From a virus (lineage: Duplodnaviria; Heunggongvirae; Uroviricota; Caudoviricetes): 33,504 nucleotides of DNA. Below are positions 26,990 to 33,504 of this stretch, in pieces. The translations under genes and the position numbers were made by a program. Position 1 is the first letter of the stretch; every line of letters begins with the position of its first letter. Location: IMG/VR virus record IMGVR_UViG_2695420456_000021. One strand, given 5' to 3'. Below the pieces are notes generated by a model, which worked only from the letters and a program-made list of their open reading frames with translations, was not told where the DNA came from and made no database searches.

Positions 26990-27045
26990 TTTTCATCCGG
27001 TCAGCCAGGCTGACCGGTTACCCCCTATTCAGAAGTGAGAAAACC

Positions 27046-27321
27046 ATGAACAAAGAAAATGTCATTACCCTGGACAATCCGGTCAAACGTGGTGAGCAGG
27101 TTATCGAACAGGTCACGCTGATGAAACCTAACGCCGGGACGCTACGCGGTGTCAGTCTGGCTGCGGTTGCAAACTCCGAAGTCGATGCACTGATTAAGGT
27201 GCTGCCGCGCATGACGGCACCGATGCTGACCGAGCAGGAAGTCGCCGCGCTGGAACTGCCTGACCTTGTGGCGCTGGCCGGTAAGGTGGTCGGTTTTTTG
27301 TCGCCGAACTCGGTGCAGTGA
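27046..27321 (+). CDS. E: Tape-measure chaperone, P2 E-like (91 aa)
   Basis: Track ORF 26986..27321; start at ATG 27046 (MNKENVITLDNPV...) with RBS. Confidence 0.85.
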   Translation: MNKENVITLDNPVKRGEQVIEQVTLMKPNAGTLRGVSLAAVANSEVDALIKVLPRMTAPMLTEQEVAALELPDLVALAGKVVGFLSPNSVQ

Positions 27322-27473
27322 CGTTTCCGAAAAATCTCTCGGTCGATGACCTGATGGCGGATGTGGCAGTGATATTTCACTGGCCGCCATCAGAACTGTA
27401 TCCCATGAGCCTGACCGAACTCATCACATGGCGCGAAAAGGCGCTCCGGCGAAGCGGAAACACGAATGAGTAA
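27046..27473 (+). CDS. E+E' frameshift product (142 aa) via -1 slip at TTTTTTG (27294-27300)
   Basis: Slippery heptamer near the E 3' end; the -1 frame stays open to TAA at 27471-27473, overlapping the T start. Confidence 0.6.
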
Positions 27474-29913
27474 CAATGTAAAATTACAGGTATTGCTCAG
27501 GGCTGTTGACCAGGCATCCCGCCCGTTTAAATCCATCCGTACAGCGAGTAAGTCGCTGTCGGGGGATATCCGGGAAACACAAAAATCACTGCGCGAGCTG
27601 AACGGTCACGCATCCCGTATTGAGGGATTCCGCAAGACCAGTGCACAGCTCGCCGTGACTGGTCATGCACTTGAAAAGGCACGGCAGGAAGCCGAAGCCC
27701 TTGCCACACAGTTTAAAAACACCGAACGTCCGACCCGTGCTCAGGCGAAAGTGCTGGAATCAGCAAAGCGAGCGGCGGAAGACTTACAGGCGAAATATAA
27801 CCGCCTGACGGATTCCGTTAAACGCCAGCAGCGGGAACTGGCCGCTGTGGGAATTAATACCCGCAATCTTGCACATGATGAGCAGGGGCTGAAAAACCGT
27901 ATCAGTGAAACCACCGCACAGCTTAACCGTCAGCGCGACGCACTGGCGCGTGTCAGTGCACAACAGGCAAAACTTAACGCAGTCAAACAGCGTTATCAGG
28001 CCGGAAAAGAACTGGCAGGAAATATGGCCTCAGTGGGCGCTGCCGGTGTGGGGATTGCTGCTGCGGGAACGATGGCCGGAGTTAAGCTGCTGATGCCCGG
28101 TTATGAGTTTGCGCAGAAAAACTCAGAATTGCAGGCTGTGCTCGGTGTGGCAAAAGACTCCGCCGAAATGGCTGCACTACGCAAGCAGGCGCGCCAGCTC
28201 GGTGACAATACCGCCGCCTCAGCGGATGATGCGGCCGGTGCGCAGATTATCATTGCGAAAGCGGGTGGAGATGTTGATGCCATTCAGGCGGCAACGCCGG
28301 TCACGCTGAACATGGCGCTGGCGAACCGTCGCACGATGGAAGAAAACGCCGCCCTGCTGATGGGGATGAAATCTGCCTTTCAGCTTTCAAACGATAAGGT
28401 CGCTCATATCGGGGATGTTCTCTCCATGACGATGAACAAAACCGCCGCTGATTTTGACGGCATGAGCGATGCGCTGACCTATGCCGCACCAGTGGCAAAA
28501 AATGCCGGTGTCAGCATTGAAGAAACTGCCGCAATGGTCGGGGCGCTGCATGATGCAAAAATCACAGGCTCAATGGCGGGGACGGGAAGCCGTGCCGTGT
28601 TAAGTCGCCTGCAGGCACCGACTGGAAAAGCATGGGATGCACTCAAAGAGCTTGGCGTGAAAACCTCAGACAGTAAGGGAAACACCCGACCAGTATTTAC
28701 CATTCTGAAAGAAATGCAGGCCAGCTTTGAGAAAAACCGGCTCGGTACTGCCCAGCAGGCCGAATACATGAAAACCATTTTCGGGGAGGAGGCCAGCTCA
28801 GCCGCCGCTGTGCTGATGACTGCCGCGTCAACCGGAAAGCTGGACAAACTGACCGCTGCGTTTAAAGCCTCAGACGGGAAGACCGCAGAGCTGGTAAATA
28901 TCATGCAGGACAACCTCGGCGGTGACTTTAAGGAGTTTCAGTCCGCTTATGAGGCGGTGGGGACAGACCTGTTTGACCAGCAGGAAGGCGCACTGCGTAA
29001 GCTCACGCAGACGGCCACAAAGTATGTGTTAAAACTCGACGGCTGGATCCAGAAAAACAAATCACTGGCGTCAACCATCGGCCTCATTGTCGGTGGTGCA
29101 CTGGCGCTGACTGCTGTCATCGGTGCCATTGGCCTCGTAGCCTGGCCGGTTATCACTGGCATCAATGCCATCATCGCGGCAGCAGGCGCAATGGGGGCAA
29201 TCTTCACGACGGTTGGCAGTGCTGTTATGACGGCCATCGGGGCGATTAGCTGGCCGGTTGTGGCCGTGGTGGCCGCCATTGTCGCCGGGGCGTTACTTAT
29301 CCATAAATACTGGGAGCCTGTCAGCGCATTCTTTGGCGGTGTGGTGGAAGGGCTGAAAGCGGCATTTGCGCCGGTGGGAGAACTGTTCACGCCACTGAAG
29401 CCGGTGTTTGACTGGCTGGGCGAAAAGTTACAGGCCGCGTGGCAGTGGTTTAAAAACCTGATTGCCCCGGTCAAAGCCACACAGGACACCCTGAACCGTT
29501 GCCGTGACACGGGCGTCATGTTCGGGCAGGCACTGGCTGACGCGCTGATGCTGCCGCTTAATGCGTTCAACAAACTGCGCAACGGTATTGACTGGGTACT
29601 GGAAAAACTCGGTGTTATCAACAAAGAGTCAGACACACTTGACCAGACCGCAGCCAGAACTCATGCCGCCACGTATGGCACCGGTGGTTATATTCCGGCG
29701 ACCAGCTCTTATGCAGGCTATCAGGCTTATCAGCCGGTTACGGCACCGGCTGGCCGCTCTTATGTGGACCAGAGTAAAAACGAATATCACATCAACCTGA
29801 CGGGCGGTACTGCGCCGGGAACACAGCCTGACCGCCAGTTACAGGATGCGCTCGAAAAATACGAGCGGGATAAACGTGCGCGCGCCCGTGCCAGCATGAT
29901 GCATGACGGTTAA
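27466..29913 (+). CDS. T: Tail tape measure protein, P2 T-like (815 aa)
   Basis: ORF track; size; coiled-coil N-terminus and Gly/Ala-rich hydrophobic middle. Confidence 0.9.
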   Translation: MSNNVKLQVLLRAVDQASRPFKSIRTASKSLSGDIRETQKSLRELNGHASRIEGFRKTSAQLAVTGHALEKARQEAEALATQFKNTERPTRAQAKVLESAKRAAEDLQAKYNRLTDSVKRQQRELAAVGINTRNLAHDEQGLKNRISETTAQLNRQRDALARVSAQQAKLNAVKQRYQAGKELAGNMASVGAAGVGIAAAGTMAGVKLLMPGYEFAQKNSELQAVLGVAKDSAEMAALRKQARQLGDNTAASADDAAGAQIIIAKAGGDVDAIQAATPVTLNMALANRRTMEENAALLMGMKSAFQLSNDKVAHIGDVLSMTMNKTAADFDGMSDALTYAAPVAKNAGVSIEETAAMVGALHDAKITGSMAGTGSRAVLSRLQAPTGKAWDALKELGVKTSDSKGNTRPVFTILKEMQASFEKNRLGTAQQAEYMKTIFGEEASSAAAVLMTAASTGKLDKLTAAFKASDGKTAELVNIMQDNLGGDFKEFQSAYEAVGTDLFDQQEGALRKLTQTATKYVLKLDGWIQKNKSLASTIGLIVGGALALTAVIGAIGLVAWPVITGINAIIAAAGAMGAIFTTVGSAVMTAIGAISWPVVAVVAAIVAGALLIHKYWEPVSAFFGGVVEGLKAAFAPVGELFTPLKPVFDWLGEKLQAAWQWFKNLIAPVKATQDTLNRCRDTGVMFGQALADALMLPLNAFNKLRNGIDWVLEKLGVINKESDTLDQTAARTHAATYGTGGYIPATSSYAGYQAYQPVTAPAGRSYVDQSKNEYHINLTGGTAPGTQPDRQLQDALEKYERDKRARARASMMHDG

Positions 29914-29927
29914 GGAGGTGACGAAAA

Positions 29928-30407
29928 ATGATGCTCGCGTTAGGTATGTTTGTTTTTATGCGCCAGACGCTGCCACACCAGACCATGCAGCGTGAATCAG
30001 ATTATCGCTGGCCGTCAAATTCCCGTATCGGTAAACGGGATGCCTTGCAGTTTCTCGGTGTGGGTGAGGAAAACATGACGCTTGCCGGTGTGCTTTATCC
30101 CGAACTGACCGGCGGCAAGCTGACGATGACCACGCTCAGACTGATGGCAGAGGAAGGCCGGGCGTGGCCGTTGCTGGATGGCACCGGCATGATTTACGGC
30201 ATGTATGTCATCAGCAGGGTGAGTGAAACAGGGAGTATTTTCTTTGCAGACGGCACACCCCGGAAAATTGATTTTACGCTGTCGCTCACCCGCGTTGATG
30301 AATCACTGGCCGCGCTTTATGGCGATATCGGTAAACAGGCGGAATCGCTCATCGGTAAGGCTGGCAGTATGGCGACCAGATTCACGGGTATGACGGGGGC
30401 GGGATAA
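29928..30407 (+). CDS. U: Tail protein, P2 U-like (159 aa)
   Basis: ORF track; aaggaggtg RBS; size and synteny. Confidence 0.9.
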   Translation: MMLALGMFVFMRQTLPHQTMQRESDYRWPSNSRIGKRDALQFLGVGEENMTLAGVLYPELTGGKLTMTTLRLMAEEGRAWPLLDGTGMIYGMYVISRVSETGSIFFADGTPRKIDFTLSLTRVDESLAALYGDIGKQAESLIGKAGSMATRFTGMTGAG

Positions 30408-31570
30408 TGCTGGATGCGCTGACATTTGATGCAGGCAGTACGCTGACGCCGGATTACATGCTGATGCTCGACAGCAGGGATATTACCGGCAATATCAGTG
30501 ACCGTCTGATGAGCATGACCCTGACGGATAACCGGGGCTTTGAGGCTGACCAGCTTGATATTGAACTGAACGATGCCGACGGGCAGGTCGGGCTGCCGGT
30601 TCGTGGCGCTGTCCTGACGGTGTATATCGGCTGGAAAGGTTTTGCCCTGGTATGCAAAGGGAAATTTACCGTTGATGAGGTTGAACACCGGGGCGCACCG
30701 GATGTGGTCACCATCCGCGCCCGGAGTGCAGATTTCCGCGGGACGCTCAATTCCCGCCGGGAAGGCTCCTGGCATGACACCACGCTCGGTGCGATTGTTG
30801 AGGCGATAGCCTCCCGTAACAGGCTGGAGGCCAGTGTCGCTCCGTCACTGGCCGGAATTAAAATCCCGCACATCGACCAGTCGCAGGAGTCTGATGCGAA
30901 ATTCCTGACCCGTCTTGCAGAACGCAACGGCGGTGAGGTGTCGGTAAAAATGGGAAAACTGTTGTTTCTCAAAGCGGGGCAGGGGGTGACGGCCAGCGGT
31001 AAAAAAATCCCGCAGGTCACCATCACCCGCAGCGACGGCGACCGTCATCATTTTGCGATTGCTGACCGTGGAGCCTATACCGGCGTTACGGCAAAGTGGT
31101 TACACACCAAAGACCCGAAGCCGCAAAAGCAGAAGGTAAAACTGAAACGCAAAAAGAAAGAGAAACACCTGCGCGCACTGGAGCACCCGAAAGCGAAACC
31201 GGTCACGCAGAAGAAAGAGCCAAAAGTACCGGAAGCGCGCGAAGGTGAATACATGGCCGGTGAGGCTGACAACGTTTTTGCCCTGACCACGGTATATGCC
31301 ACGAAAGCACAGGCCATGCGCGCCGCTCAGGCGAAGTGGGATAAACTGCAACGGGGTGTTGCGGAGTTCTCCATCAGCCTGGCTACTGGTCGGGCAGATA
31401 TTTACACGGAAACACCGGTTAAAGTGTCAGGCTTTAAGCGCGTCATAGACGAGCAGGACTGGACCATCACTAAGGTGACACATTGTCTCAATAATAGCGG
31501 CTTCACGACGTCCTTGGAGCTTGAGGTAAGGCTTTCTGATGTGGAGTACGAAACAGAAGATGATGAGTGA
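30407..31570 (+). CDS. D: Late tail gene product, P2 D-like (387 aa)
   Basis: ORF track; size and synteny. Confidence 0.9.
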   Translation: MLDALTFDAGSTLTPDYMLMLDSRDITGNISDRLMSMTLTDNRGFEADQLDIELNDADGQVGLPVRGAVLTVYIGWKGFALVCKGKFTVDEVEHRGAPDVVTIRARSADFRGTLNSRREGSWHDTTLGAIVEAIASRNRLEASVAPSLAGIKIPHIDQSQESDAKFLTRLAERNGGEVSVKMGKLLFLKAGQGVTASGKKIPQVTITRSDGDRHHFAIADRGAYTGVTAKWLHTKDPKPQKQKVKLKRKKKEKHLRALEHPKAKPVTQKKEPKVPEAREGEYMAGEADNVFALTTVYATKAQAMRAAQAKWDKLQRGVAEFSISLATGRADIYTETPVKVSGFKRVIDEQDWTITKVTHCLNNSGFTTSLELEVRLSDVEYETEDDE

Positions 31571-31651
31571 TGCGGTTTATTTATCTATTTGTTTTACAAG
31601 GGTAAATTAACTAAAATGGCACTATCAACAAAACCGGAAGAGGTGCTCGCG

Positions 31652-31870
31652 ATGTTTCATTGTCCTTTATGCCAGCATGCCGCACATGCGCGTACAAGTC
31701 GCTATATCACTGACACGACAAAAGAGCGTTATCACCAGTGCCAGAACGTGAATTGCAGCGCCACGTTCATCACTTATGAGTCGGTACAGCGATACATCGT
31801 AAAGCCGGGAGAAGTCCACGCCGTAAGGCCGCACCCGTTACCGTCAGGGCAGCAAATTATGTGGATGTAA
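31652..31870 (+). CDS. ogr: Zinc-finger late-gene transcriptional activator, Ogr-like (72 aa)
   Basis: Track ORF 31589..31870; start at ATG 31652 (MFHCPLCQHAAH...); CxxC...CxxxxC motif; last gene before attR. Confidence 0.9.
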   Translation: MFHCPLCQHAAHARTSRYITDTTKERYHQCQNVNCSATFITYESVQRYIVKPGEVHAVRPHPLPSGQQIMWM

Positions 31871-31883
31871 TTACAAACAGAAA

Positions 31884-31907
31884 GCCCCTCAGTCGAGGGG
31901 CTTTTTT
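31884..31907 (+). terminator. Intrinsic terminator after ogr (gcccctc-agtc-gaggggc then T6)
   Basis: Perfect 7-bp stem plus T-tract read from sequence. Confidence 0.65.
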
Positions 31908-31912
31908 GTCGA

Positions 31913-31930
31913 TGTGGTCAATGTGTGGAC
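31913..31930 (+). promoter_or_regulatory. Tandem tgtggtca / tgtggac repeats, 11-bp period (putative Int arm-type sites, P arm)
   Basis: Same motif, spacing and orientation as the pair at 592..610. Confidence 0.4.
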
Positions 31931-31970
31931 GTGACCAGAAATAAATCCTTTTATTTCATTGAATTACGCG

Positions 31971-31998
31971 TAAAAAATAAGCCCGTGTAAGGGAGATT
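31971..31998. repeat. attR core: 28-bp direct repeat, also the 3' end (terminator half plus U-tract) of cyaR
   Basis: Identical to 476..503. Confidence 0.75.
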
Positions 31999-32058
31999 AC
32001 ACAGGCTAAGGAGGTGGTTCCTGGTACAGCTAGCATTTTATGGGTTATGTTTTTCAGC
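31972..32058 (-). ncRNA. cyaR: CyaR (RyeE) small regulatory RNA, 87 nt, intact
   Basis: Reverse complement matches the E. coli CyaR sequence as I recall it (GCTGAAAAACATAACCCATAAAATGCTAGC ... CCTTACACGGGCTTATTTTTT); TGTGA half-site about 40 bp upstream, consistent with its CRP-dependent promoter. Confidence 0.85.
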
Positions 32059-32142
32059 GAAACGGATGATAACCTTAATAAATACAGCTGTATGTGATCG
32101 GTTTCTAAGAATTTTCCATCCGGGAAAAATAATCGAAATTAA

Positions 32143-33504
32143 TCACTTACCGTGGGGATTACGCGTGGTTTCCCCGGAGAAATTACGCATCAGCAGCGCG
32201 TAATTGAGCTCAAGATCCTGCGGGACCGGGAGCCACACAGTATAACCATCGCCTGGTGCTATCGGCATAGCTTCGCCTTTGGCGTTTTCCATGTGCTCAA
32301 GGGTAAAATTAATGTTGCCTTGCGGCGTCATCAGCTCAAGGCTGTCGCCAACGGAGAATTTATTTTTCACCGCTACCGCCGCGAGGTCCCCCTTGCGCTC
32401 ACCGGTAAACTCACCAACAAACTGCTGGCGGTCAGAAACTGAATAACCGTATTCGTAGTTCTGATAATCGTCGTGAGTATGACGACGCAGGAAACCTTCG
32501 GTATAGCCACGATGCGCCAGACCTTCCAGAGTTTCCAGCAGGCTGGTATCGAACGGTTTTCCCGCAGCGGCGTCATCGATAGCTTTGCGGTAAACCTGTG
32601 CGGTGCGTGCACAATAGTAGAAAGATTTGGTACGACCTTCGATTTTCAGCGAATGCACGCCCATTTTGGTCAGGCGTTCTACATGGGCGATGGCGCGCAG
32701 ATCTTTCGAGTTCATGATGTAAGTGCCGTGCTCATCTTCAAACGCGGTCATATACTCGCCCGGACGCTGGGCCTCTTCGATCATAAACACTTTGTCGGTT
32801 GGTGCGCCGATACCCAGCGTCGGCTCAACATTTTGCACCGGAATCGGCTCGTACTTGTGTACGATGTTGCCAACATCATCTTCTTTCCCTTCCTGGACGT
32901 TGTACTCCCAGCGGCAGGCGTTGGTGCAGGTGCCCTGGTTCGGGTCGCGCTTGTTGATATAGCCAGAGAGCAGGCAGCGACCGGAGTAGGCCATGCACAG
33001 CGCGCCGTGAACGAAGATCTCGATCTCCATATCCGGCACCTGATTGCGGATCTCTTCAATCTCTTCCAGCGACAGCTCGCGAGAGAGGATCACGCGGGTC
33101 AGGCCCATTTGCTGCCAGAATTTCACCGTCGCCCAGTTCACGGCGTTAGCCTGCACCGAAAGGTGGATCGGCATTTCAGGGAAGTGCTCACGCACCAGCA
33201 TAATCAGCCCTGGATCGGACATAATCAGCGCATCCGGCCCCATTTCCACCACCGGTTTCAGGTCACGGATAAAGGTTTTCAGCTTGGCGTTGTGCGGTGC
33301 AATGTTGACCACGACATAAAACTTTTTCCCCAGCGCGTGGGCTTCATTGATGCCGAGCTGAAGATTTTCGTGGTTGAATTCGTTGTTGCGCACACGCAGG
33401 GAATAACGCGGCTGGCCCGCATAAACAGCATCTGCGCCATAAGCGAAAGCGTAACGCATATTTTTCAGCGTTCCCGCCGGGGAAAGGAGTTCCGGTTTAA
33501 ACAT
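32143..33504 (-). CDS. yegQ: Peptidase U32-family protein YegQ (453 aa), host gene; start codon at the window edge
   Basis: ORF track; full-length ORF; position next to cyaR as in E. coli. Confidence 0.85.
   Translation of the reverse strand: MFKPELLSPAGTLKNMRYAFAYGADAVYAGQPRYSLRVRNNEFNHENLQLGINEAHALGKKFYVVVNIAPHNAKLKTFIRDLKPVVEMGPDALIMSDPGLIMLVREHFPEMPIHLSVQANAVNWATVKFWQQMGLTRVILSRELSLEEIEEIRNQVPDMEIEIFVHGALCMAYSGRCLLSGYINKRDPNQGTCTNACRWEYNVQEGKEDDVGNIVHKYEPIPVQNVEPTLGIGAPTDKVFMIEEAQRPGEYMTAFEDEHGTYIMNSKDLRAIAHVERLTKMGVHSLKIEGRTKSFYYCARTAQVYRKAIDDAAAGKPFDTSLLETLEGLAHRGYTEGFLRRHTHDDYQNYEYGYSVSDRQQFVGEFTGERKGDLAAVAVKNKFSVGDSLELMTPQGNINFTLEHMENAKGEAMPIAPGDGYTVWLPVPQDLELNYALLMRNFSGETTRNPHGK

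Larger units (their letters stand above)
476..31998. mobile_element. Integrated P2-family prophage, apparently complete
   Basis: Exact 28-bp direct repeats at both ends; integrase next to the left repeat; full P2-like gene set in P2 order; cos-like site present. Confidence 0.85.

Noticed and set aside
28947-29636. 229-aa minus-strand ORF (and 28479..28913)
   Set aside because: Antisense to tape measure gene T.
30454-31026. 190-aa minus-strand ORF
   Set aside because: Antisense to gene D.
32090-32110. Full CRP site upstream of cyaR
   Set aside because: Only a TGTGA half-site is evident; the second half-site is poor, so it is mentioned only as supporting evidence for cyaR.

Overview
The window is an essentially complete P2-family (myovirus, Peduovirus-like) prophage of about 31.5 kb (476..31998) in an Escherichia-type chromosome, inserted at the 3' end of the sRNA gene cyaR between yegR-like (left) and yegQ (right). 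It is bounded by an exact 28-bp direct repeat. Gene order is canonical P2: int, C, cox, B, orf80-83, A, then variable cargo, cos, Q/P (minus strand), O N M L X Y K lysA/B/C R S V W J I H G, variable cargo, FI FII E/E+E' T U D ogr. The backbone is GC-rich (about 55-65% in sampled lines). Two AT-rich islands (about 30-40% GC in sampled lines) sit at the two known P2 cargo positions. (1) 6456..8615, at the tin/old position, is a translationally coupled three-gene cassette: a protein with STAS-like and GHKL-ATPase-like motifs, a small STAS-like protein, and a single-pass membrane protein. This is my lead candidate for an undescribed anti-phage system. (2) 23666..25009, at the Z/fun position, is a single 447-aa protein with an N-terminal HExxH motif and a Cys-rich C-terminus. 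All calls come from reading the sequence and the ORF track plus recalled P2 biology; no database search was run.
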